DNA from: Polyangiaceae bacterium
Lineage (GTDB): Bacteria > Myxococcota_A > Polyangia > Polyangiales > Polyangiaceae
DNA: 64,000 nt
Direction: 5' to 3'
Assembly: GCA_050287085.1 (NCBI GenBank)
Contig: JBNKBE010000020.1
Coordinates: 32,001-96,000, forward strand
In this document: in pieces, positions 10,258-19,517 of the stretch
Numbering within the stretch: the first letter of the stretch is position 1
Layout of the letters: the number at the start of each line of letters is the position of its first letter
Made by a program: the position numbers and the translations under genes
The notes under the pieces: model-generated
Database searches by the model: none
The model's input: the letters and a program-made list of their open reading frames with translations, nothing else
What the model was told of the DNA's origin: nothing

Positions 10258-10329
10258 AGGCGCGTAGCTCAGTGGTAGAGCACTACATTGACACTGTAGG
10301 GGTCGGCAGTTCAATCCTGCCCGCGCCTA
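10258..10329 (+). tRNA. tRNA-Val(GAC); CCA not encoded
   Basis: Acceptor AGGCGCG/CGCGCCT, D-arm GCTCAGTGGTAGAGC, anticodon arm CTACA-TTGACAC-TGTAG, T-loop GTTCAATC. Confidence 0.96.
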
Positions 10330-10809
10330 CTGCCTGGTTGCTCGCGGGGTCCGCCCATAGGGAGACGGTCGACCTGATGGTGAGCGCGGCAGTAGGGCCT
10401 ATTGCTTTGGGAATGGGACGTCAAAGCGTCCGTTCGACAGCGAGAGGCATTGTGGCATTGACGCTGCGGTCGACGTCGCGACGAGTGGCGCTGGATGGCC
10501 ACAAGGTTGCGGCGCGCAAGGCCGGCGCAAGAACGTCTCCGAACCCGCACGCAGCACGCACGGATCCAAAAAGTCGTGTTTGAGTGGCAGACCGACCAAG
10601 GACACGTGCTGGTCTCACTTGCAGCCGACCGCGGGACGGCAGACCCTTCGGGCGCGACGGCCGAGTGGGCGGCGCAGCCTATACACAATTCAGCATGGCC
10701 GAGCGTCAGAGGCTTGGTCGCAGTAACGAGCACTTAGCGCTCGAACATGACCACGGGTCCACGACCCAGGTCATGCAAAGAGAAGCAATCGAGGAGAACA
10801 CCGCAAGTT

Positions 10810-11616
10810 ATGGCAATGGGAAGGCGCCCGCGACGCGAACCGCGTGGACCACAAATTCGGGTCAACCATCGTATCAGAGTTCCAGAGGTGCGGGTCATTG
10901 CTGACGATGGCGAGATGCTCGGCGTTCTCAGTACGCAGGAGGCTCTGCGCAAGGCTCGGGAACGCGGACTGGACTTGGTTGAGGTCAACCCTAAGAGCAA
11001 TCCTCCTGTCTGCAAGATTCTCGACTTCGGCAAGTACAAGTACGACGAGAAGAAACGCGCCAATGAGGCCAAGAAGAAGCAGACGGTCGTCGAGCTGAAA
11101 GAGGTTAAGCTCCGCCCCAAGACCGACGATCACGACCTCAATGTTAAGCTTCGGGCAGCCCGTCGTTTCGTCGAGGCCGGCAACAAGGTCAAGTTTACGG
11201 TGCGCTTCCGGGGGCGTGAAATAACTCATCCGGAACGGGCTCGCATGCAGCTCGATTGGATCCTTGATAACATCATGGATATCGCCAATCTGGAGCAGCG
11301 TCCGCAAATGGAGGGCCGCACGATGAGCGTCATCATCGCCCCCAAGCCGCAGATCATGCAGAAGATTCAGGCAGAAAAGGCCTCTGCGGCGAGCCAAGCG
11401 AAGCGCACGAGGGACGCTGGCGGCGTCCGCGACGCCAACTCGCCGGATGACGATGACGACCAGGACGACGATGACATCCTGGACGACGACGACCGGGACG
11501 ACGACGACGACGACCGGGACGACGACGACGACGACCAGGACGACGACGACGACGACCGGGACGACGACGACCAGGACGACGACGACCAGGACGACGACGG
11601 CAACCGGGACGACTAG
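10810..11616 (+). CDS. infC: Translation initiation factor IF-3 with an Asp-rich C-terminal extension
   Basis: RVNHRIRVPEVRVI, LDLVEV...PPVCKILDFGKYKY, KEVKLRPKTDDHD, VRFRGRE. Start uncertain (ATG 10810 or 10816). Confidence 0.95.
   Translation: MAMGRRPRREPRGPQIRVNHRIRVPEVRVIADDGEMLGVLSTQEALRKARERGLDLVEVNPKSNPPVCKILDFGKYKYDEKKRANEAKKKQTVVELKEVKLRPKTDDHDLNVKLRAARRFVEAGNKVKFTVRFRGREITHPERARMQLDWILDNIMDIANLEQRPQMEGRTMSVIIAPKPQIMQKIQAEKASAASQAKRTRDAGGVRDANSPDDDDDQDDDDILDDDDRDDDDDDRDDDDDDQDDDDDDRDDDDQDDDDQDDDGNRDD
11446..11613 (+). repeat. (GAC)n-based coding repeat with CAG/CGG interruptions (poly-Asp tail of IF-3)
   Basis: 56 codons, 44 of them Asp. Confidence 0.92.
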
Positions 11617-11638
11617 CCTCTCATCAGGCTTACCTTGG

Positions 11639-11679
11639 CTTCACTCTAGGACACGTGTCGTCGTCTCCCTAGAGTGAAG
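11639..11679. terminator. Inverted repeat between convergent infC and kinase genes
   Basis: 12-bp perfect stem CTTCACTCTAGG/CCTAGAGTGAAG; no clear U-tract. Confidence 0.55.
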
Positions 11680-11770
11680 GCCGGGGGGCTGCTCGCGACC
11701 ACAGCTCAGCTCACACTGGCTAGTATTGCACGCTAGGGGCTCCTAAGGAGCGTCTCGATCGCGGTATGGC

Positions 11771-13249
11771 TCAGAATAGGCCGCTCAGAAACGCCCCCGC
11801 CAACCCCGCGGCCGCGACAGCCACCGCTACCACTGCCAGTACAACTCTTGAGCCGGATTGGGCCCGTGGTGCAGCGGCAACGGCTTGAACCTCCCCCGTC
11901 GGGGAAGCACCGGCCGAGGGAGCGCCAACGGTGGCTGTGGCCTCGATGTTCGAGGAAGCCGCGGCCGAGTCGGGATCGGGGGACGGGCGAGACTCACTCA
12001 CCGTAGCCGCTGACGGAAAGCTGGGCGGGTTTGTCGTAACCACAGCGGGTACCGGTTGATGAGAGGCAGAGGGCTCCTCCAGCGCGGCCAGATTACCGAG
12101 AGAATAGCCCCCCGATGAGCTCTGCGACGGCGCGGAGCCGAAGCGGGCCGACCCCCAATCGGCCCCGCCGCCCAAAGAGTCGAGGGGCTGAGCTGCCAAC
12201 GAGGTCGTCGTCGAGTGGAGCGTCTGAAACTTATTATGCGAGTCCCCGCCCTGGAGAGACGTGAATTCCATCATCGCATCCTCGATCAGGGTGCCGATGA
12301 CCGAAGTCTTGGTTTCCTTCTTCTTCCGAGCGCGCTCTGCCGCGACCTCCGCGACTAGCGCCCCCACATCCCGCGCCGCGACCGGCTTGCCCATCTCAAA
12401 CAACAGATGATTGAGTGCTTTGCCCAACTCTTGGGCGGACTGAAATCGCTGCTCCGGATCCTTTGCCAAGGCCTTGGTCAGAATGCCTTGCAGCTCCTCG
12501 GGAACTTGCGCGTTAAACCGAGTGATTTCTGGAATGTCGGCAGCCTGTACCTGGCGCACGGTCTGCAGATCGGTTTCGCCTAGAAAAAGCCTGCGCCCGG
12601 CGAGCAGCTCCCACAAGATAATACCGACCGCAAACAGATCGGTGCGTAGATCGACCGACTCACCTGACGCGGCCTCCGGCGAAAGATAACCGAACTTGCC
12701 CTTGATGATCCCGGGTTCGCTGTGCTCGAGCTGAGAATTGGCCTTCGCCAAACCAAAGTCGACAACCTTGACCTCGCCGTAGCGAGTGATCAAAATGTTG
12801 GGCGGCGAAATATCTCGATGGACGATACCCAGCAGGCGCCCGCGGTTGTCTCGAGCCTCGTGGGCGTAAGCTAGGCCCTCGCAGATGCGGCAACAAACGT
12901 ACACCGCGACCTCAACCGGGATCTGCTGGCCGCGCTCGTCGAGCGACGCCATCAGCGCCTTTAGGTCGGCGCCGTCGACGTATTCCATCACGATGAAATA
13001 CGTGTTGTCGCCCGCGCCGATGTCGAACACCTGGACACAATTAGAATGGTTCAGGTGCGCTGACAGACGAGCTTCGTCCAGAAACAGACCGATGAACTGC
13101 TTCTTCTCAGACAGGTGTGGCAGGACGCGCTTGATGGCAACGGTCTTCTTGAACCCCTCAAGACCGGCACTCTCGGCACGGTATACCTCTGCCATCCCGC
13201 CGGCCGCGATCCGCTCTAGCACACGGTAGCGCTGTTGTTGCTGGACCAT
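11771..13249 (-). CDS. Hanks-type Ser/Thr protein kinase with a C-terminal membrane anchor
   Basis: GGMAEVY, VAIK, HRDISPPNIL, DFG, YLSPE; Ser/Pro/Ala-rich linker; terminal hydrophobic helix. Confidence 0.95.
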   Translation of the reverse strand: MVQQQQRYRVLERIAAGGMAEVYRAESAGLEGFKKTVAIKRVLPHLSEKKQFIGLFLDEARLSAHLNHSNCVQVFDIGAGDNTYFIVMEYVDGADLKALMASLDERGQQIPVEVAVYVCCRICEGLAYAHEARDNRGRLLGIVHRDISPPNILITRYGEVKVVDFGLAKANSQLEHSEPGIIKGKFGYLSPEAASGESVDLRTDLFAVGIILWELLAGRRLFLGETDLQTVRQVQAADIPEITRFNAQVPEELQGILTKALAKDPEQRFQSAQELGKALNHLLFEMGKPVAARDVGALVAEVAAERARKKKETKTSVIGTLIEDAMMEFTSLQGGDSHNKFQTLHSTTTSLAAQPLDSLGGGADWGSARFGSAPSQSSSGGYSLGNLAALEEPSASHQPVPAVVTTNPPSFPSAATVSESRPSPDPDSAAASSNIEATATVGAPSAGASPTGEVQAVAAAPRAQSGSRVVLAVVAVAVAAAGLAGAFLSGLF

Positions 13250-13502
13250 TCGACTCTCTTCACCTACTCAGCGTTTCGCCCGGGCCCTACCCGGCAACAA
13301 GCTGGCTTATGGCTGCTCTGGACCGCTGTCGTCAAGCATGGCCCGGCTTTTGGCATCACTGAACCCCTGACACAGTGCGGCATTGGTACCCTGGTCGGCA
13401 CTGGCCCGGCGTACAGATGTCAACAGGTCCCCTATTTTGAGAGGCCGCACAAAAAGCCTCGCGTTTTGGGGCGACGTTGGCTACACGTCGCCCCCTCACT
13501 CA

Positions 13503-13575
13503 GGGGCCGTAGCTCAGCTGGGAGAGCGCATGACTGGCAGTCATGAGGTCAGGGGTTCGATCCCCCTCGGCTCCA
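13503..13575 (+). tRNA. tRNA-Ala(GGC); CCA not encoded
   Basis: Acceptor GGGGCCG/CGGCTCC with the G3:U70 Ala determinant; anticodon arm CATGA-CTGGCAG-TCATG; T-loop GTTCGATC. Confidence 0.97.
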
Positions 13576-13576
13576 C

Positions 13577-13614
13577 AAGCAAAGACCAACCCAAATGGGT
13601 TGGTCTTTTTGCTT
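13577..13614 (+). terminator. Rho-independent terminator after tRNA-Ala
   Basis: Hairpin AAAGACCAACCC-AAAT-GGGTTGGTCTTT running into a T-tract. Confidence 0.85.
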
Positions 13615-13847
13615 CAACTGGTTTCGTTCGTGTGCGACGGGCTGACGGGCCCTTCACAGCCCTTCACACTCCATGGCGGGCATCGGCGAGAAGGCTAGCC
13701 GTCCGCCCTCGACAATGGAGTCGGCCCCCGCCCTGGCTCTTCACACTCCGTGGTAGGCATCGGCGATGGGGACGAACCCCGCGTGACAAGAGCCAGAGCC
13801 CAGTTTTCCTTTGTCTGCATTGCGAGGACTTTTCTAGACTTCGCGAC

Positions 13848-14939
13848 GTGATAGGAGGTTCAGATCCCGCGTTGGCGCCCGTAGTCGTCCTGGGGCACCA
13901 CGAACCTGACTACCCAAGGAATCAGGCGCTTCAGCGAGCGCTGACGGCTGCCGGCAGGCGGTTAATCGTATGTCACTCCAGGGCTACGTTCCCCTGGTGC
14001 CACCTGGTCTTGGCCACCAAACTGCTAAGGGCACCTCGGTCCGCCAAAGTGGTCCTGGTGACAGAAGGAGGACATCGCCTGGTCCCTTGGGTGAAACTGC
14101 TGTCTTGCTTAACAGGCCGCAGAGTACTATTTGACCCGTTCACCTCACGCTACAATACGCGCGTAGAGGACAGACAGTGGTTTGCCCCGGGCACTCTTCA
14201 AGCCCGAATTGCACACTTTCAAGACTGGTCCTCGACTCGCGCGGCCGATGCCCTGCTATTTGACACCGAAGAGCATAGGGAGTACTTCTTCTCCCGTTAC
14301 GGCCTTCGCTGCTCGAGCGCGATCGTTCCGGTAGGCGTTCCAGAAGACCTCTTCGTGCCAAGTAGCGTCAGTCGCGCGACTTCGAGAGACACCGAAGTGC
14401 TGTTCTACGGAACGTACATTCCCTTGCAGGGCATCGAGACTATCGTCGATGCGGCGGCGCTCGTTCGAGAAGAATCGTTTCGCTTCTCAATCCTAGGTGT
14501 GGGCCAGACCTTTGAAGGCATCAAGCAGCGAGTATCGACGCTGAACTTGGATCCGTCTCGCGTACAGCTGCTTCCCCCGGTACCGTTTTCAACGCTGCCG
14601 CAACGCTTGGAAGCCGCGGATATCGTGCTTGGCATCTTTGGAACGGGGACCAAAGCGTCCCGCGTCGTCCCCAACAAGGTCGTTCAGGCTGCAGCGCTCG
14701 GACGACCGATCATCACGGCTGACACGCCAGCTATTCGTCGATACTTTGCGCACTGCGAAAGCGCCTACCTGGTGCCGCCGGGTGTCCCCCATGAGCTCGC
14801 CCGGGCCCTTAGAGAACTGGCGCGAGACGAATCCTTGCGAGCGCGTATTGGGCTCGGTGCGCGCGCGGCTTTCGTCAAGCACTTCAGCCAATCCGTCGCG
14901 ACGCATACGCTAGCCGGGGTGCTTCAGCAGTTGGAGTGA
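13848..14939 (+). CDS. Glycosyltransferase family 4
   Basis: DYPRN N-terminus, LFYGTYIPLQGIETI, GIFG...VVPNKV. True start is GTG 13848 or TTG 13872; the track's longer ORF crosses the tRNA. Confidence 0.88.
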   Translation: MIGGSDPALAPVVVLGHHEPDYPRNQALQRALTAAGRRLIVCHSRATFPWCHLVLATKLLRAPRSAKVVLVTEGGHRLVPWVKLLSCLTGRRVLFDPFTSRYNTRVEDRQWFAPGTLQARIAHFQDWSSTRAADALLFDTEEHREYFFSRYGLRCSSAIVPVGVPEDLFVPSSVSRATSRDTEVLFYGTYIPLQGIETIVDAAALVREESFRFSILGVGQTFEGIKQRVSTLNLDPSRVQLLPPVPFSTLPQRLEAADIVLGIFGTGTKASRVVPNKVVQAAALGRPIITADTPAIRRYFAHCESAYLVPPGVPHELARALRELARDESLRARIGLGARAAFVKHFSQSVATHTLAGVLQQLE

Positions 14940-15100
14940 GAGGGGGCCCCCTCACCAGTAAGCGAGAGTGCCACCGCGTGAGGCGTCGACTCGATTTGGA
15001 GCTGAGCAGGTGAGACAGAGAGCCCTCGGCGCTGCCTCAAATGTCGATCTGAACCACGTCTTCGAGTGACAGGTGTTTAGCCAGTGCTACCCTGTCGCCA

Positions 15101-15586
15101 ATGGCTGACCAGAAAGCTCCAGTCGCGCTCCGGGCCCTAGAGGCCCCGCCGCGTTCCAAAAACTCCGCCTACCCCGCGCAGTTTGCTGCTGTGGTAAAAG
15201 GTCGGGAGAAGAGAGCCTTGGGTGATATCTTTGCGCTCTCCAACTTCGGGGTCAATCTCACGCGCCTAGCTCCTGGAGCGGCCTCGGCGCTTCGTCATGC
15301 CCACGAAAAGCAGGATGAGTTCGTCTACATCCTGGAGGGGACACCTACCTTGTATACAAATGCGGGGGCAACGTCTCTCGAACCCGGAATGTGCGCTGGT
15401 TTCCGGCACGGTTCGAAGGATGCGCATCGTCTCGTCAACGAATCCGAATGCGACGTACTTTATCTCGAAATCGGGGATCGGACCCCGAATGATAGCGCCT
15501 GCTACCCAGACGATGACATCGCGGTGCGACAGGTCGATGGGAAGTGGGTCTTCTCACGGAAAGACGGTGCCCCCTTTCCGTCGTGA
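15101..15586 (+). CDS. Cupin-domain protein
   Basis: RHAHEKQDEFVYILEG...GF...AHRLVN metal-binding cupin motifs. Confidence 0.88.
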   Translation: MADQKAPVALRALEAPPRSKNSAYPAQFAAVVKGREKRALGDIFALSNFGVNLTRLAPGAASALRHAHEKQDEFVYILEGTPTLYTNAGATSLEPGMCAGFRHGSKDAHRLVNESECDVLYLEIGDRTPNDSACYPDDDIAVRQVDGKWVFSRKDGAPFPS

Positions 15587-15618
15587 CAGGGGCGCCCTGA
15601 ATACGAAGAACACGCCGC

Positions 15619-17013
15619 ATGACCCGGTCAGCGACCTATCTGGCGATCACCGCGCTTTCCGCATTCACAATACACTGCTCTTCCGGCGGTTCCGGAACGG
15701 CTCGCAACCCACGAGCCAAGCCCGAAGCGACCCCAGCAGCGGAAGCCACCCCAGCCGCGGCGCCGACCCCCAACAGCTGCGTCGACGCCGCATGTGCTTT
15801 CCCCGGTGCGGAAGGCTTCGGCACCGGTACACCGGGTGGGCGAGGTGGCCCCGTACTTGTCGTAACAACGCTAGCGTCAAGTGGCCCCGGCTCTCTGCGC
15901 GAGGCTCTATACACGAGCGGTCCACGGATCGTCGTATTTGCTGTCTCGGGGGTCATCGACCTGGATGGCGAGGACCTGGAACTCACGGAAGAACACTCCA
16001 ATCTAACCGTGCTCGGTCAGACCTCCCCTGGTGGGATCACCATCACGGGTTCAGCTACATTGCTGAGCTCCTACCACACAGGTCTGCACGACGTGGTCCT
16101 ACGGCATCTGCGGTTCCGAGGCCCATCAGGAGATACCATCAGCTTCGCCTACGTGCAGAACGTCGTCATCGATCATTGCGACTTCTCGGCGGGCACTGAC
16201 GAAACTCTCGATATCACCTCCTCGGAGAACGTCACCGTTCAGTGGAGCACGGTGACCAACAGTGTGGCTGGCGATGGCTCGCAGAACTACGGCTTTCTGC
16301 TCGCCTATCGCCCCACGACGAATATCACGTTGCATCACAACTTCCACGCGCACCATGGAGGACGTTGCCTTGCGAATGTGCACTGGGAGGGTGATGGGGA
16401 GCTGTCGGGACCCGCGCATATCGATGTTCGAAACAACGTGATCTACAACTGCGCCTTTGACGTCGCACTCTACATGAATGACGCCCCCGCATCCGGAATG
16501 GGGTGGAATTGGGTAGGCAACTATGGAAAGCCGGGCCCGAACTCACCATCATCGCTGGGGTTCGCGAACATCGCCACGGATCTCTACTCAGACGACAACG
16601 TCTACGAGGGCAGCGACCCCGCCGACGTCCCTTTCTTCCACTACGGCGCTTGGGATCCGGTGGGCGAGGCGTTCGACTTTCCCCCGGTGACCACCACGAG
16701 CGCGCCCCAAGCATTTGCCGACGTACTCGCCTACGTCGGCGCCTGGCCCCGCGACGCCATGAATGCCCGTACAGTTCTGGAGGCCCGTGACGGCACTGGA
16801 ACCCTGGGTCGCATTGATGATCCACTGTTCACTGGACCTGGCCCTATGCCACCGGCCGATGCCGACGCTGACGGTCTGCCCGACGGTTGGGAAGAAGCCG
16901 AAGGGCTCGATCCGATGGACAAGAACGACGCACAACAGCTCGATTCCGTCAGTGGCTACGCCCACATCGAGCGCTACGCAAACGAACTCGCGCAATCGCT
17001 CATCGGACTTTGA
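15619..17013 (+). CDS. Exported PL1-like (pectate lyase) beta-helix protein, probable lipoprotein
   Basis: AFPGAEGFG...GGRGG, SGPGSLREA, GQTSPGGI, VIDHCDFS...DE, C-terminal DADADGLPDGWE. Confidence 0.8.
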   Translation: MTRSATYLAITALSAFTIHCSSGGSGTARNPRAKPEATPAAEATPAAAPTPNSCVDAACAFPGAEGFGTGTPGGRGGPVLVVTTLASSGPGSLREALYTSGPRIVVFAVSGVIDLDGEDLELTEEHSNLTVLGQTSPGGITITGSATLLSSYHTGLHDVVLRHLRFRGPSGDTISFAYVQNVVIDHCDFSAGTDETLDITSSENVTVQWSTVTNSVAGDGSQNYGFLLAYRPTTNITLHHNFHAHHGGRCLANVHWEGDGELSGPAHIDVRNNVIYNCAFDVALYMNDAPASGMGWNWVGNYGKPGPNSPSSLGFANIATDLYSDDNVYEGSDPADVPFFHYGAWDPVGEAFDFPPVTTTSAPQAFADVLAYVGAWPRDAMNARTVLEARDGTGTLGRIDDPLFTGPGPMPPADADADGLPDGWEEAEGLDPMDKNDAQQLDSVSGYAHIERYANELAQSLIGL

Positions 17014-17053
17014 GGCCCCACTTTCATCGGCTCTTGCTGAAGACAGGAAAAGC

Positions 17054-18427
17054 ATGGACTTTCACCGCCCTACGCGCGTACTCGCCCTCGCCGCATCCCT
17101 GTTTGGCTCGATGGTGGCGCCTGCTCTCGCAGACGTAGTCGACGAACTTGAGCCGGGCCAGTGGTTGGAACTCCCCGGCACCCAACTCAATTCGGTCGCC
17201 CCGGCACCGCCACCGCCGGGCGTCCAAAGCGCAGCCGAGGGCGTTTTTGCCTACAGTGGAGCAGCGTGGGATGACGCACGTGAGCGCCTGCTGATCTGGG
17301 GCGGAGGCCACAGCGACTACGCCGGAAACGAAGTGTACGCTTTCGATATGGCCACCCTGAGCTGGACCCGCACCTGGGGCCCTACGCCGAACTCCGACAT
17401 CCCAGCTTGCGACAGCGGGTGCGAAAGCTACGACGACAACAATCCCGCGTCGCGACACACGTACGACGCACTCGTATACGTAGGTCTCTCAGCCTCAACC
17501 CCAATCGATGCGCTCTATTCGCTGGGAGGCTCACGCTATCAAAACGGCAATGGTAGTTCACAGGTCTGGCGCTTCGACTTTGGCGCCCTGTCCTGGCACA
17601 ACCTCGGTGAGTATCCCGGCTCGGACATGCTCGGCAACAACGCGGTCTTCGATCCGGTGAGCGGGCAGGTCATCCTGCGCAACAACACGCATATCGTACA
17701 ATACGATCCAGTCGCCGACTCTTGGACGGTGCGCTACACGCAGGACGGGATGTTTTGGGCGGGCGCTACGACAGCCGCACTCGATCCAGAACGCAACCTC
17801 ATCGTCTTTGTCGGCGGCATCGCAGGGGTCTCCACCTTCGATCTTGTAACGGGCGAATACGCGGTACGTCCTACACGTGGCGGCGATTCGTTTGTTCATG
17901 GGGTGGCGCCAGGCTTCGCCTATGACAGCGCCACTCGCAAGATGGTGGCATGGCACGGCGGCAGCGACGTCTACAGTCTCGACCTAGACACCTGGACCTG
18001 GGCCCAGCACTCGGCGAGCAGCGCGACCGTGCCAACAGCTCCAGCAGAACCTGGCACCTTCGGGCGCTTTCGTTACGCACCCTCCCGCAACGTGTTTGTA
18101 CTGGTCAACGCCGCCGATGAGAATGTGTTCGTCTATCGCCTCTCGGCGGGTGAAGGCATCGAAGCGAAACCAGGGTTCTCGCTCGACGGGGGCGTCACCA
18201 ACGTGGGCAAGAGCGGCGACGCGGGCACAACACTCGAAGAGGACACAGACCTCGTCCCCGAACAACACGCGCCCGGCGCGGCCGGCTGCAAATGCCACGT
18301 GAAACGGTCGTCCCCAGGCGCCGCAGAAGCATTCTTAGTTGGGCTCGCCCTCATCCTGGTGCAACGACGCCGCGAACGCTCCGTGAATGCGACACCCCGT
18401 GCGCCGCAGAACGCGCGGCGCACGTAG
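17054..18427 (+). CDS. Secreted Kelch-like beta-propeller protein with MYXO-CTERM-type sorting tail
   Basis: Signal peptide; WGGGHSDYAGNEVYAFD, PASRHTYD, repeated YD/FD...W blade motifs; tail GCKC..., TM helix, RRRER. Confidence 0.72.
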   Translation: MDFHRPTRVLALAASLFGSMVAPALADVVDELEPGQWLELPGTQLNSVAPAPPPPGVQSAAEGVFAYSGAAWDDARERLLIWGGGHSDYAGNEVYAFDMATLSWTRTWGPTPNSDIPACDSGCESYDDNNPASRHTYDALVYVGLSASTPIDALYSLGGSRYQNGNGSSQVWRFDFGALSWHNLGEYPGSDMLGNNAVFDPVSGQVILRNNTHIVQYDPVADSWTVRYTQDGMFWAGATTAALDPERNLIVFVGGIAGVSTFDLVTGEYAVRPTRGGDSFVHGVAPGFAYDSATRKMVAWHGGSDVYSLDLDTWTWAQHSASSATVPTAPAEPGTFGRFRYAPSRNVFVLVNAADENVFVYRLSAGEGIEAKPGFSLDGGVTNVGKSGDAGTTLEEDTDLVPEQHAPGAAGCKCHVKRSSPGAAEAFLVGLALILVQRRRERSVNATPRAPQNARRT

Positions 18428-18653
18428 CGCTCGCTTCATGCTCGCCCTCAGCAGCTCGCTGCGATAGCCGTCCATAGCTAAACACACCGCCGCAGCGGCC
18501 GCACGTTCCCACATGGTAGCGTGCAGCGTCGGCACACCCGCCCCTCGCCGTTCGACCTGAGCGGCCGAATTCCATTCGCAATCGGTCGCACCGTGCTGGA
18601 AAATCGCGGACGTCGACCTATACTGCTCATCTTCACGAGGGAGCAGGTAAGCA

Positions 18654-19388
18654 ATGAACGAGCTGTTGGCGACCAGTCTGGCATTTCCAACGGTTGTCTA
18701 CAGCGTGGCCCTCGGCGTGTGTCTGCTGTACTGGGCGCTGGTATTCTTGGGCGCGTTGGGTGTCGACTTGACCGGCGACGGGGACGCCGATGTCGACGCC
18801 ACAGATAGCACAGGATCGGCCCCGGCGGTTATGGGGCTCATTGGATTGAGTCACTTGGGCCAAGTCCCCATCACGGTGGCCTTCAGCCTGGTCTCCCTCT
18901 TCGGCTGGTTCGTCAGTGGCTTGCTAAGCCGTAGAGAGGCTCTACTCGGGGCGTTTGTCTCCGAATCCGTCCTACACATCCTTGTACTGTTGGTAGCCTT
19001 GCTCGTAGCCATACGCATTGCGGGGTGGGCCGCCCTTCCACTGGCTCCGCTGTTTGACGCCCACCACGCACCGTCGCGGCATAGCTTGGTTGGGCGTGTG
19101 GTCGAGGTCTCAACGGGCGAGGTCAATCGCCGCTTCGGTCAGGCACGCCTGGAGGACGGCGGCGCTGGACTGGTTCTGCAGGTCCGTTGTGACCCGAGTC
19201 GCGAACTACGGCGCGGTCAACAGGCGCTCATCATCGAACACAACGATGCGCTCGAATTCTACGAGGTCGAACCGATGGACGCACTGCTGCATGCAACCTC
19301 CAATGACCACCACCTCCCGAGTCTTTCAGCCCCCGAATCAACGGGGTTCAAACCAGGAAAGGCTACAACCCCAAATGAAGATACGTAG
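18654..19388 (+). CDS. YqiJ/DUF1449-like (NfeD-type) membrane protein with C-terminal OB-fold
   Basis: Three TM segments, acidic DLTGDGDADVD loop, G-x-VP motif, SLVGRV...FGQARLEDGGAGLVLQVR...RGQQALII; directly upstream of a flotillin. Confidence 0.8.
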   Translation: MNELLATSLAFPTVVYSVALGVCLLYWALVFLGALGVDLTGDGDADVDATDSTGSAPAVMGLIGLSHLGQVPITVAFSLVSLFGWFVSGLLSRREALLGAFVSESVLHILVLLVALLVAIRIAGWAALPLAPLFDAHHAPSRHSLVGRVVEVSTGEVNRRFGQARLEDGGAGLVLQVRCDPSRELRRGQQALIIEHNDALEFYEVEPMDALLHATSNDHHLPSLSAPESTGFKPGKATTPNEDT

Positions 19389-19517
19389 CCTGAGACGATA
19401 GGTGACTGAAGCGGAGTTCAAGACCCCGAGGCAGCTGTTGCGTGCAAAGAAGGACACGCAAGACGCGGAATGCCGGTGAGCAATGACCACCGGTCATCGC
19501 AGAAAGTAGTACGGATC

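Noticed and set aside
10048..10314. N-terminal extension of the yajC ORF
   Set aside because: Overlaps tRNA-Val on the opposite strand; a good RBS supports GTG 10047.
11367..11677. Poly-Ser and poly-Thr ORFs
   Set aside because: Alternative-frame readings of the (GAC)n repeat in infC.
10258..13575. tRNA genes as integration sites of a genomic island
   Set aside because: I saw no integrase and no duplicated tRNA 3' end; tRNA-Ala is followed directly by its terminator. A computed repeat search was not possible.
13383..13847. N-terminal extension of the GT4 ORF
   Set aside because: Runs through tRNA-Ala and its terminator; the real start is downstream.
14940..14953. Perfect 14-bp palindrome GAGGGGGCCCCCTC after the GT4 stop
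   Set aside because: Low complexity, no loop or U-tract, single occurrence noticed.
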